Shown here: piece after piece, positions 1 through 8,483 of the stretch
Numbering within the stretch: position 1 is the first letter of the stretch
How the letters are laid out: the number at the start of each line of letters is the position of its first letter
DNA from: a bacterium
GTDB taxonomy: Bacteria > Patescibacteriota > Patescibacteriia > SG8-24
Direction: 5' to 3'
DNA: 44,317 nucleotides
Assembly (NCBI GenBank): GCA_043825985.1
Contig: JBDRRB010000072.1
Coordinates: 1 to 44,317, forward strand
Notes under the pieces: model-generated
Database searches by the model: none
What the model saw: only the letters and a program-made list of their open reading frames with translations
Told to the model about the DNA's origin: nothing
Program-made: the position numbers and the translations under genes

Positions 1-246
1 GGATCGGCCGGCGGCCATAACGGCCTCAAGTCGGTGTTCGAGATGATGTCGACGGAATCGATCCCCCGCCTGCGCATCGGGATCGGAAACGTCCAGATGT
101 ACCGAACGCCGGCCGAAAAGTTCGTCCTGGAAAGGTTCAGCGCCGAAGAAGAAGGCCGGATGGAGAAGTCCATGGAACGTATCTCCGATGCCCTGGACAA
201 GTTCCTAGGCGAGGGGCTGGATGCGGCCATGAACGCCTTCAACTAG
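1..246 (+). CDS. pth: Peptidyl-tRNA hydrolase, C-terminal part (gene begins before the window)
   Basis: Frame 1 from base 1 reads GSAGGHNGLKS...PRLRIGIG, the conserved Pth motifs; stop TAG at 244-246. Confidence 0.93.
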   Translation, partial: GSAGGHNGLKSVFEMMSTESIPRLRIGIGNVQMYRTPAEKFVLERFSAEEEGRMEKSMERISDALDKFLGEGLDAAMNAFN

Positions 247-261
247 AAAGTCAGAGACATG

Positions 262-295
262 AAACGTCGGCCTCGGAGCCGGCGTTTTTGCTTTT
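262..295 (+). terminator. Intrinsic terminator after pth
   Basis: Stem aaacgtcggc/gccggcgttt followed by a T-rich tract (ttgctttt). Confidence 0.7.
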
Positions 296-337
296 ATCAC
301 GACCGGGCGGCTGACGCCGGCCGTCCGACGGAACGAT

Positions 338-366
338 TTGACATGAGCGCGATGGGTCGTTAGGGT
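338..366 (+). promoter_or_regulatory. Sigma70-type promoter of dprA
   Basis: TTGACA (338-343), 17-nt spacer, TAGGGT (361-366); ATG at 375. Confidence 0.65.
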
Positions 367-374
367 CGGGCCGC

Positions 375-1232
375 ATGAACCAGACGCTAGAGATAAAATC
401 CACGGAAAAGGGCTTCCCGCAAAGCCTGCTGCCGCTGTCGGGCTGTCCCCGCAGCATATTCCTGCGCGGCGATCCGACGGTCGTCGACCGCCGGCCGAAC
501 GTGGCCGTGGTCGGGACCAGGCGCATGACGACCTACGGCGAAACCGTCATCAGGCGCTTCGTCCCCGCCTGGTCCAGGGCCGGACTGTGCATCGTGAGCG
601 GCTTGGCCCTGGGCACCGACGCTGCTGCACATCAGGCCGCCCTGGAGGCAGGCGGACTGACCCTGGCCGTACTCGGTTCCGGAGTGGATTCCGCTTCGGT
701 CACGCCGCGGACCAACAGCCGGCTGGCCGAACGGATCGTCTCCTCCGGCGGAGCCCTCATCTCCGAATATCCGGACGGCGCGCCGGTCCAGGCCTACCAC
801 TTTCCGGCCCGCAACCGGATAGTCGCCGGACTGTCCCGGGCGGTCGTGGTCATCGAGGCGCCGCTGAAGTCCGGTGCGCTGATCACCGCCCGCTTCGCGC
901 TCGAATACGGACTGGAAGTGTTCGCCGTCCCCGGACCGATCACGGTCGACACCAGCCGAGGCTGCAACTGGCTCATCTCCCAGGGCGCCCATCCGCTGCT
1001 CGAGGCCGACGACCTGCTGCTGGCCCTCGGTCTGGGGACCGCACCGACGGCCGCCCGGACGTCCGCCTCCGACCATCCTCTGCTGAAGCTGATTCGTCAC
1101 TCGCCCGCCACGCCGGACGAACTCATGTTCAGGTCTGGACTTGACGCCAAGCACCTGATGGTGGCATTGTCCGAGCTCGAAGTGGCCGGACTGGTCAGCA
1201 GGACCGGCGACCGCTATGCGGCGACGGATTGA
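375..1232 (+). CDS. dprA: DNA-processing protein DprA
   Basis: VAVVGTRRMTTYG, IVSGLALGTDAAAH, FPARNRIVAGLS and VVIEAPLKSGALITA motifs, with a C-terminal winged helix; dprA-topA synteny. Confidence 0.96.
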   Translation: MNQTLEIKSTEKGFPQSLLPLSGCPRSIFLRGDPTVVDRRPNVAVVGTRRMTTYGETVIRRFVPAWSRAGLCIVSGLALGTDAAAHQAALEAGGLTLAVLGSGVDSASVTPRTNSRLAERIVSSGGALISEYPDGAPVQAYHFPARNRIVAGLSRAVVVIEAPLKSGALITARFALEYGLEVFAVPGPITVDTSRGCNWLISQGAHPLLEADDLLLALGLGTAPTAARTSASDHPLLKLIRHSPATPDELMFRSGLDAKHLMVALSELEVAGLVSRTGDRYAATD

Positions 1233-1328
1233 CAGCCGCGAGCGGCGACCGCTACCCTAAAGCCTGACGTCGTACATATAAGATATGTATCCGCGAGACG
1301 ACGCCGTGATCCCAAACCAAACGACGCT

Positions 1329-3563
1329 ATGAAAAAGAACCTGGTCATCGTCGAGTCGCCCACCAAGGCCAAGACCATCACCAAATTCCTCGGACGCGGC
1401 TACAAGGTCATGTCCTCCTTCGGTCATGTCCGCGACCTGCCGAAGAACGACCTCGGGGTGGATACCGAGCACGACTTCGCGCCCAAGTACGTCATCCCGA
1501 CCAAGTCGCGCAAGATCGCGTCCGAGCTGAAGAAGGAAGCGAAGAACGCCGACCTGGTCTACTTCGCCTCCGACGAAGACCGCGAGGGAGAGGCCATCTC
1601 CTGGCACCTGCGAGAGCTGCTGGATACCGACCCGGAGCGCACGCGCCGCATTACCTTCCACGAGATCACCAGCAGCGCCATCGCCAAGGCGCTCGAGAAC
1701 CCGCGCGACATCAACCAGCACCTGGTCGATGCGCAGCAGGCCCGGCGCGTGCTGGACCGGCTGGTCGGATACAAGCTGTCCCCATTCCTGTGGAGGAAGG
1801 TGGCGCGCGGCCTGTCGGCCGGGCGGGTGCAGTCAGTGGTGGTCCGGCTGATCGTCGAGCGCGAGCGCGAGATAGAGGGATTCAAGCCGCAGGAATACTG
1901 GTCGGTCGAGGCGACCCTGAGACGCGACGGCGGAGACGAGACCTTCCTGGCCAAGCTGCACCGGCGTGACGGCGAGACGCTCGACAAGTTCGCCCTGGGC
2001 GACGAGGGCGCCGCCAAGCAGGTGCTGGTCGACGTCGAAGGCGCCTCCTGGTCGGTCAAGTCGATCGAGCGCAAGACGGTCAAGAAGAAGCCGCTGCCGC
2101 CGTTCACCACCTCGACCCTGCAGCAGGAGGCCAACAACCGTTTCGGCTACTCCTCCAAGCAGACCATGACCCTGGCCCAGCAGCTCTACGAGGGCGTCGA
2201 ACTGGGCGACAGCGGGTCCACCGGCCTGATCACCTACATGCGTACCGACTCGGTCAACCTGTCCGACGACTTCATCGCCGGATCCCGCAGCTGGCTGTCC
2301 GAGAACCTGACGGCCGAACACCTGCCCAATGAACCGCGCCGCTACGAGACGAAGTCCAAGGGAGCGCAGGAGGCCCATGAGGCGATCCGTCCGACCGATC
2401 CGGCTCTCCATCCGAAGACCGTCTCCAAGCACCTCGACTCACGCCAGGCCAAGCTCTACGACCTGATCTGGCGTCGGGCCATGGCCTCGCAGATGACGGA
2501 CGCGGAAGTGGACGCGGTGACCGTGGACTGCGACACGAAGAGCGACGGGCACCCGACCTACACCTTCCGGGCCACCGGCTCGACCCTGACCAAGAAGGGC
2601 TACCTGGAGATCTATCCGGCCGAGACCAAGGAAAACCTGCTGCCGCCGCTCGACGAGGGAGACGGCCTGACCGCCGACGGAATCGAACCAAAGCAGCACT
2701 TCACCGAGCCGCCGCCCCGCTACACCGAGGCGTCCCTGGTCAAGACGCTCGAGGAAAACGGCATCGGCCGCCCTTCGACCTACGCTCCGACCATCAGCAC
2801 CGTGACCGGCCGCGGCTACGTCGAGAAGGACGGACGGAAGCTGAAGCCGACCGACCTGGCCGTTCTGGTCAATGACCTGCTGGTCAAGCATTTCCCGGAC
2901 ATCGTCGACTATCAGTTCACGGCCAAGATGGAGGAAGACCTGGACGACATCGCCGCCGGCCGCAAGGAATGGGTACCGATCATCCGGGAATTCTACCTGC
3001 CGTTCGAGAAAAACCTCGAGCTGAAGGACAAGGAGGTCAAGAAGAAGGACGTGGCCGAGGAGAAGATCGACGAGAAGTGCGACCTCTGCGGCAAGCCGAT
3101 GGTCATCAAGATGGGACGCTACGGCAAGTTCAAGGCCTGCACCGGATTCCCGGAATGCCGCAACACCAAGGCGGTGGACGGGGCTGACGGAGACGCGGCC
3201 GAGGCTCAGGCGGCGACCGACGAGAAGTGCGAGACCTGCGGATCGCCGATGATCATCAAGCGCGGACGGTTCGGGCCGTTCCTGAGCTGCTCGGACTACC
3301 CGAAATGCAAGACCATCAAGTCGATACAGAAGAAGCTCGGCATCGCCTGCCCCAAGTGCAAGCAGGGCGAGATTGTCGAGAAACGGACCCGCAAGAGCAA
3401 GACCTTCTACGGCTGCTCCAAGTACCCCAGCTGCGACTACGCCATCTGGAGCCGACCGACTGGGGAGAGCTGCCCGAAGTGCGGACAGCCGCTGGTCATG
3501 GCCAAGAAGGACGAGATCCGCTGCTCGGACGAAAGTTGCGACTACTCGAAGTCCGCGAGCTGA
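1329..3563 (+). CDS. topA: DNA topoisomerase I with C-terminal zinc ribbons
   Basis: LVIVESPTKAKTI, SDEDREGEAI, SAGRVQS and catalytic LITYMRTDS motifs; four Cys4 zinc-ribbon repeats. Confidence 0.98.
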   Translation: MKKNLVIVESPTKAKTITKFLGRGYKVMSSFGHVRDLPKNDLGVDTEHDFAPKYVIPTKSRKIASELKKEAKNADLVYFASDEDREGEAISWHLRELLDTDPERTRRITFHEITSSAIAKALENPRDINQHLVDAQQARRVLDRLVGYKLSPFLWRKVARGLSAGRVQSVVVRLIVEREREIEGFKPQEYWSVEATLRRDGGDETFLAKLHRRDGETLDKFALGDEGAAKQVLVDVEGASWSVKSIERKTVKKKPLPPFTTSTLQQEANNRFGYSSKQTMTLAQQLYEGVELGDSGSTGLITYMRTDSVNLSDDFIAGSRSWLSENLTAEHLPNEPRRYETKSKGAQEAHEAIRPTDPALHPKTVSKHLDSRQAKLYDLIWRRAMASQMTDAEVDAVTVDCDTKSDGHPTYTFRATGSTLTKKGYLEIYPAETKENLLPPLDEGDGLTADGIEPKQHFTEPPPRYTEASLVKTLEENGIGRPSTYAPTISTVTGRGYVEKDGRKLKPTDLAVLVNDLLVKHFPDIVDYQFTAKMEEDLDDIAAGRKEWVPIIREFYLPFEKNLELKDKEVKKKDVAEEKIDEKCDLCGKPMVIKMGRYGKFKACTGFPECRNTKAVDGADGDAAEAQAATDEKCETCGSPMIIKRGRFGPFLSCSDYPKCKTIKSIQKKLGIACPKCKQGEIVEKRTRKSKTFYGCSKYPSCDYAIWSRPTGESCPKCGQPLVMAKKDEIRCSDESCDYSKSAS

Positions 3564-3583
3564 TCATCGGACTGACGGGCAAC

Positions 3584-3616
3584 AGGGCGAACGGCGATGC
3601 CGCTCGCCTTTTGTTT
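3584..3616 (+). terminator. Intrinsic terminator after topA
   Basis: Stem agggcgaacggc/gccgctcgcctt followed by ttgttt. Confidence 0.7.
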
Positions 3617-3701
3617 CGATCCCATCATGGGGGGCTTACGACCTTTACTGGTTTGGCCTAAACTGATAGGGTGGTCAGTCAGACGGCCAAACCCGTAGAA
3701 A

Positions 3702-5240
3702 ATGGTCAGACCAAACGCGGACAACCTGCTGGAGAAGATAAGGAGCTACGAGACGGAAGCGGACCTCGACCTGGTGCGCCTGGCTTTTGATTTTGCCGAC
3801 GAGGCCCACCGCGGACAGAAGAGAAAGTCCGGTGAGCCGTACATCGTCCATCCTCTGGCCACGGCCGAGTTCCTGGCCGACATGAAGGTGCCGATATCGA
3901 TCATCGTGGCCAGCCTGCTGCATGACGTTCCGGAGGACACCGACGTCACGATCGAGGACGTGCGCCAGAACTTCGGCGACGACGTCGCCTCCATCGTGGC
4001 CGGAGTGACCAAGCTGGGAAAGATAAAGTACCGCGGCATCGACCGCTACGTCGAGAACCTGCGCAAGATGTTCGTCGCCATGGCCTCGGACATCCGGGTC
4101 ATCCTGGTCAAGTTCGCCGACCGCATCAACAACCTGAACACGCTTTCCGCGCTGCCCCCGGCCAAGCGCGTCCGCATCGCCAAGGAGTCACTGGAGATCT
4201 ATGCGCCGATCGCCAACCGCCTGGGCATCAACGAGATGCGGGCACAGCTGGAGGACCTGGCCTTTCGTCATTCGATGCCGAAAGAATACGAATGGGTGAC
4301 CGGACTGGTCGATCGGGCAGTCAAGGTAAAGAAGGGCTACGTCGACCGGGTGAAGCATCTGCTGGCCGAAGAGCTTAAGAAAAACAACATCGACTTCGAG
4401 GACATCGACGGACGGGTCAAGCACAAATACAGCCTCTACAGGAAGCTGCTCAAGTACGAGCGGGATATCGTGCAGATCCACGACATCATCGCCCTGCGCA
4501 TCATCGTTCCGCGGCTGAGCGACTGCTACGCGGTCCTGGGCATAATCCACCAGAACTGGAAGCCGCTCAAGGGACGCATCAAGGACTACATCTCCCAGCC
4601 GAAGCCGAACGGCTACCAGTCGCTGCACACCACGGTGTTCTGCGAGGGCGGCGAGATCGTCGAGTTCCAGATTCGCACCCGCGCCATGCATGAGGAGGCC
4701 GAACGGGGCATCGCCGCCCACTGGCAGTACGACGAGGACGGCAAGGTTGCTTCGCCTCAGGTGCGCCGACAGCTCCGCTGGGTGAACGAGCTGGCCGACC
4801 TCCAGCTGGACTCCAAGAGCGGAACGGAATTCCTGGAGTCACTCGAGACGCTGAAGATCGACGTGTTCCAGAACCGAATTTTCGTCTTCACTCCCAAGGG
4901 AGACGTCATCGACCTGCCGGAAGGGGCCACGCCGGTCGATTTTGCCTATGCCATCCATTCCCAGGTCGGCAACACCTGCGTCGGGGCCCGGGTCAACGAC
5001 CATATCGTCAGCCTGGAGACCCGACTGTTTTCCGGCGACTGCTGCGAGATTATCGTCGACAAGAACCGTTCCGGACCGAATCCGGACTGGCTTTCCTTCG
5101 TCAAGACTTCGACCGCACGAACCCATGTCCGAAGCCATGCCAAGTCCAGGCTGACCAGATGGATCAAGAACTTCAGTGGTGACAAGAGCAAGGATGACGA
5201 AAGGGCTGAGGCTCGGGCATCGGCGAAAAGGGGCCGCTAA
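3702..5240 (+). CDS. rel: RelA/SpoT-family (p)ppGpp synthetase/hydrolase (HD + SYNTH + TGS; ZFD and ACT domains absent)
   Basis: HRGQKRKSGEPYIVHP...LLHDVPED hydrolase motifs; RIKDYISQPKPNGYQSLHT and EFQIRT synthetase motifs; TGS IFVFTPKGDVIDLPEGATPVDFAYAIH. Confidence 0.95.
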   Translation: MVRPNADNLLEKIRSYETEADLDLVRLAFDFADEAHRGQKRKSGEPYIVHPLATAEFLADMKVPISIIVASLLHDVPEDTDVTIEDVRQNFGDDVASIVAGVTKLGKIKYRGIDRYVENLRKMFVAMASDIRVILVKFADRINNLNTLSALPPAKRVRIAKESLEIYAPIANRLGINEMRAQLEDLAFRHSMPKEYEWVTGLVDRAVKVKKGYVDRVKHLLAEELKKNNIDFEDIDGRVKHKYSLYRKLLKYERDIVQIHDIIALRIIVPRLSDCYAVLGIIHQNWKPLKGRIKDYISQPKPNGYQSLHTTVFCEGGEIVEFQIRTRAMHEEAERGIAAHWQYDEDGKVASPQVRRQLRWVNELADLQLDSKSGTEFLESLETLKIDVFQNRIFVFTPKGDVIDLPEGATPVDFAYAIHSQVGNTCVGARVNDHIVSLETRLFSGDCCEIIVDKNRSGPNPDWLSFVKTSTARTHVRSHAKSRLTRWIKNFSGDKSKDDERAEARASAKRGR

Positions 5241-5266
5241 CGCGAGGGATATCCGAACGAAACCAA

Positions 5267-5294
5267 AAAGGCCAATGTACCGGCAGTGGCCTTT
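5267..5294. terminator. Probable bidirectional terminator between convergent rel and parB
   Basis: Inverted repeat aaaggcca/tggccttt with A/T tracts on both sides. Confidence 0.55.
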
Positions 5295-5316
5295 ATCGTT
5301 GTTGACTGAACTCGAC

Positions 5317-6210
5317 TCAGGACAGCAGTCGATCGATCAGCGCCTGATATTCCTCCTCGGAAAAAAACTGCAGCGTTATCTTTCCCTTTCCGCCGCGCTC
5401 GGTGATCGTGGCCTTAGTGCCGAAGCGGTCCCGAAGATCCTCCTCTGCCGCCAACAGCTGCGGTGACTTCCTGACCCTGGTCGAACTTCGGCGGGCATCG
5501 TCTTCGGCCTCGCGGACGGTCAGGCCGGAACCGGACACCATCTGCCTGAACATCTTCCGCCGTGCATTGGGATCAACTACCGACAGAAGGGCTCGGGCGC
5601 TTCCGGCGGAAATTGCCCCGGTAGCTACCGCATCCAGCATCTCGTCCGGCAGGTCGAGCAATCGAACAGTATTGGCCACGGTCGACCTGGCCTTACCGAC
5701 CTGACCGGCCACAGCCTCCTGAGTCAGGCCAAACTCGTTCATCAGCCGACGGTAGGCGCGTGCCTCTTCGATCGGATTAAGGTCTTCACGCTGGATATTC
5801 TCGATCAGTGCCAGCACCAGCTTGTCACGGCTGTCCACCTTTCGGATCACCGCCGGAACGCTGGTCAGCCCGGCCATCTGGGCAGCACGGAAACGACGCT
5901 CGCCGGCTATCACCTCATACTTTCCGTCCGCCCTAGGAGAGAGTGCCAACGGCTGAATTATTCCGTGCTCCTTCACCGACGAAGTCAGGTCCTCCATTCC
6001 CTGATGCCCGAATACTGTCCGCGGCTGGTCAGGATTCACCTCGATCTTGTCCAGGCTGATCTCGGAAACGGTCGATCCGTCGGCCGCCTCGTGAGCCACT
6101 GCCGCAACCTTGTTGGCCACACCGATCGCTACCGTCTTGGTCGGCTCGTCTGCCTGCGGTATGAGGGAATTCAGGCCGCGGCCCAGTCCTGACTTTTTCT
6201 TGATGGCCAT
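5317..6210 (-). CDS. parB: ParB/Spo0J chromosome partitioning protein
   Basis: GLGRGLNSLI, NPDQPR, IAGERRFRA (arginine patch) and LALIENIQREDLNPIEEA. Start set at ATG 6210 (MAIKKK); the ORF track extends to a TTG at 6225. Confidence 0.96.
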   Translation of the reverse strand: MAIKKKSGLGRGLNSLIPQADEPTKTVAIGVANKVAAVAHEAADGSTVSEISLDKIEVNPDQPRTVFGHQGMEDLTSSVKEHGIIQPLALSPRADGKYEVIAGERRFRAAQMAGLTSVPAVIRKVDSRDKLVLALIENIQREDLNPIEEARAYRRLMNEFGLTQEAVAGQVGKARSTVANTVRLLDLPDEMLDAVATGAISAGSARALLSVVDPNARRKMFRQMVSGSGLTVREAEDDARRSSTRVRKSPQLLAAEEDLRDRFGTKATITERGGKGKITLQFFSEEEYQALIDRLLS

Positions 6211-6221
6211 ACTCACAAAGC

Positions 6222-6992
6222 TCAAAAAGAGTGTTCAAGGTCAAGTATCTCCTTGGCCAGACGCTCATAGGCCTTGGCCCCCTTTGACCACGGATCGTAT
6301 TCCATGATCGGACGACCGAAACTCGGAGCTTCAGCCAGCCGCACGTTCCTCGGAATCACCGACTTGAAGACGCGATCCGGGAAAAACCGATGCAGCTCGG
6401 CCATGACGTCCGACGACAGCCGATTGCGGCCGTCAAACATGGTCAGTACGGCACCGAGTATCTCCAGCTCCGGCTTCAGCGCCTGACGAACCATGCCGAT
6501 GGTCCGCAGTAGCTGACTGAGTCCCTCTAGTGCGTAGTATTCAGCCTGGACCGGAATGAGTACCCGGTCTACCGCGACCAGGCCGTTGATGGTCAGCAGT
6601 CCGAGCGACGGAGGACAGTCAACTATTACGTAGTCGAAATCGTTACGCACCTCAAGCAAGGCATCGGACAGGCGATGCTCTCGCCTGTCCATGTCCACCA
6701 AGTCGACAGCCGCACCGGCCAGACTCGAAGTCGACGGCACCAGCTTGAGACCTTCGACCTGCGTCGACATTACGACCTCCTTCATGCTCTTCTCGCCCAA
6801 CAGCGCCTCGTAGGCACCGGCCTCGAGTTCACGAGGGTCTATCCCCAACCCGGAAGTAGCATTGGACTGCGGATCCAGATCCACCAGCAAAACGAACTTC
6901 CCGTTGGACGCCAAATATGACCCCAAGTTAATGGCGGTCGTAGTCTTGCCCACTCCCCCTTTCTGATTTACCACGGCAATGATGCAGGCCAT
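6222..6992 (-). CDS. parA: ParA/Soj ATPase
   Basis: Deviant Walker A NQKGGVGKTTT, DLDPQSN, DCPPSLG, PVQAEYYALEGL and IPRNVRLAEAPSFG. Confidence 0.97.
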   Translation of the reverse strand: MACIIAVVNQKGGVGKTTTAINLGSYLASNGKFVLLVDLDPQSNATSGLGIDPRELEAGAYEALLGEKSMKEVVMSTQVEGLKLVPSTSSLAGAAVDLVDMDRREHRLSDALLEVRNDFDYVIVDCPPSLGLLTINGLVAVDRVLIPVQAEYYALEGLSQLLRTIGMVRQALKPELEILGAVLTMFDGRNRLSSDVMAELHRFFPDRVFKSVIPRNVRLAEAPSFGRPIMEYDPWSKGAKAYERLAKEILDLEHSF

Positions 6993-7074
6993 ACCGACAT
7001 ATACTCTACATTAAGAGGGCCTCTTTGACAACACGTTTTTCTGGTGGTTAGATGAGGCATAATCGGCCCAAAAA

Positions 7075-7161
7075 GCCGCGGTGGCGGAACTGGCAGACGC
7101 ACACGACTCAAAATCGTGCGGGGGAAACCCCATGAGGGTTCGATCCCCTCCCGCGGCACCA
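7075..7161 (+). tRNA. tRNA-Leu (CAA), CCA encoded
   Basis: Acceptor GCCGCGG/CCGCGGC, anticodon arm CACGA-CTCAAAA-TCGTG, long variable arm GGGG-GAAA-CCCC, T-loop TTCGATC, 3' ACCA. Confidence 0.96.
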
Positions 7162-7320
7162 AAGACAGACCGTCTCGTGCCCCCGAAGAACGGCCGGCGT
7201 AATTACGCGGCACGAATGGTCGAAAAAAAATTAGACGAGACGACGGCAGACCTGACAGGAAAAGATCGGGCCTGTTTTGTTTCAAAACAAAAAATGACCC
7301 CCATTGCAGGCTGACTAGGT

Positions 7321-7812
7321 TCAGAGCATCCACTTCAGCACGAGACCGATGACTAGGACCTGCATCGCCAAACCGAACTTCGACGACAGGTCGCCGCCAA
7401 AGATGCGGCGGATCAGGAACACGTGATTGCGCATGTGAAGATCACTGAACCTCTTAAGCTGACGGCCGGTCCAACGCCTGCCTTTCGGTTTCAGCAGTTC
7501 GAACACGCCGACCAGCAGATCCGGCAGGAGCCCACCGATCATTCCGGCGATGGCACCGGCCTCGAAACGGAAGGAGACTGAGCTGAGAAGCGTCAGGACA
7601 AGCAGTCCGGTGGCCAGCACGTCAACCGAGACCTGAACTATCGCCCGCCGCTTCTTGTCGCCACGCTTGTACTGCTCATAGAGATACTGATCGCCGTGCG
7701 GAATCATGTCCAACAGAAAATGCGACAGGAAACCTGCCGAAAAAGAAATCGCCGGATTGGCCGAAACGCTGCCCAAAAGCGCCCCGGCCGTGGCATGAAC
7801 CGCCAAAAACAT
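7321..7812 (-). CDS. Hypothetical integral membrane protein with metal-hydrolase-like His/Asp motifs (YdjM/DUF457-like)
   Basis: Several hydrophobic helices; motifs HATAG, SHFLLDMIPHGD, PDL and a C-terminal H-x2-NH. The family assignment is an inference from motif pattern. Confidence 0.6.
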   Translation of the reverse strand: MFLAVHATAGALLGSVSANPAISFSAGFLSHFLLDMIPHGDQYLYEQYKRGDKKRRAIVQVSVDVLATGLLVLTLLSSVSFRFEAGAIAGMIGGLLPDLLVGVFELLKPKGRRWTGRQLKRFSDLHMRNHVFLIRRIFGGDLSSKFGLAMQVLVIGLVLKWML

Positions 7813-7912
7813 AGTTGTTTAATGATACCAAAGCAGCTCCGCGAAAGTAAATCTTTCGTTTGGTCAAAAAAAGTGGAAATACCCGCTAGGAACCCTAGAG
7901 TACCCCTTATCC

Positions 7913-7941
7913 TTGAAATGTCCGGACTGTTGTGCTAAGGT
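7913..7941 (+). promoter_or_regulatory. Sigma70-type promoter with extended -10
   Basis: TTGAAA (7913-7918), 17-nt spacer ending TGc, TAAGGT (7936-7941). Confidence 0.5.
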
Positions 7942-7981
7942 TGCAACAGCGGTTGAAGAAATGGCATTTTTGGGCAAAGAT

Positions 7982-8239
7982 ATGCGAAAAAAGAAGCACA
8001 ACTCGGACGAAATCAGGTTCTGCCAGTCACGTCTCCATAAGTGTCTCTATGAGTTCCAGAATGGCGAGACGTGCTTTTTGGTCGCAGTCGAATGGGATGG
8101 GGGCAGGCCGCTGCGGATGGTCGTCTGCGGTGACTGCTTCAAGGCCGGTTTCGGTACCCTGATCAAGGAGATAGTGATCGACAACCCGCGCGTGACCGTC
8201 ACGAAGACCCAGGAAAATCCCGCTACCTTCACGGCTTAA
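7982..8239 (+). CDS. Small hypothetical Cys-rich protein (possible zinc binder)
   Basis: ORF with C-x6-C and CxxC (CGDC) motifs. Start moved from the track's TTG 7913, which coincides with the -35 box, to ATG 7982; ATG 7961 is an alternative. Confidence 0.5.
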   Translation: MRKKKHNSDEIRFCQSRLHKCLYEFQNGETCFLVAVEWDGGRPLRMVVCGDCFKAGFGTLIKEIVIDNPRVTVTKTQENPATFTA

Positions 8240-8298
8240 GGAGCGCAGTCAGGCGGGTCAAACTCCAAGATAAGCAGATGTCCGGCCCCGAGCCGGAC

Positions 8299-8326
8299 TT
8301 GCCATCTTCGGACATTCTGATACCAT
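8299..8326 (+). promoter_or_regulatory. Promoter of tRNA-Met
   Basis: TTGCCA (8299-8304), 16-nt spacer ending TGa, TACCAT (8321-8326), 18 nt before the tRNA. Confidence 0.6.
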
Positions 8327-8344
8327 AGTCGCGCCGGGAAAAAC

Positions 8345-8421
8345 GGCGAGGTAGCTCAGTTGGTTAGAGCGAGGGACTCATAAGCCCTAGGTCGTGGGTT
8401 CAATTCCCACCCTCGCTACCA
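8345..8421 (+). tRNA. tRNA with CAT anticodon, probably elongator tRNA-Met (Ile2 not excluded)
   Basis: 77-nt cloverleaf GGCGAGG...CCTCGCT-A-CCA. G1-U72, G2-C71 and C3-G70 fit elongator Met; loop CTCATAA; A31.G39 mismatch. Confidence 0.9.
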
Positions 8422-8483
8422 TGACAAAGGCCCCCGAGAGGGGGTCTTTGGCTTGGCGGAGACGGGAGGCGGGAATTGGACGG
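8406..8483 (+). repeat. 78-bp direct repeat, copy 1 (tRNA 3' 16 nt + hairpin + flank)
   Basis: cccaccctcgctaccatgacaaaggcccccgagagggggtctttggcttggcggagacgggaggcgggaattggacgg, identical to 8605-8682. Confidence 0.95.
8425..8450 (+). terminator. Hairpin immediately 3' of tRNA-Met (terminator-like)
   Basis: caaaggccccc-gaga-gggggtctttg; duplicated within repeat copy 2. Confidence 0.55.

Noticed and set aside
3070-3540. DNA-level repeats at the 3' end of topA
   Set aside because: They are explained by the ordinary tandem zinc-ribbon domains of TopA.
7025-7063. Promoter for tRNA-Leu (TTGACA at 7025, CATAAT at 7058)
   Set aside because: The two boxes are 27 nt apart, and neither has a good partner at 16-18 nt, so no single promoter could be supported.
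5317-7074. parS site or replication origin near parAB
   Set aside because: No TGTTTCACGTGAAACA-like palindrome, DnaA-box cluster or dnaA gene was seen in the window.
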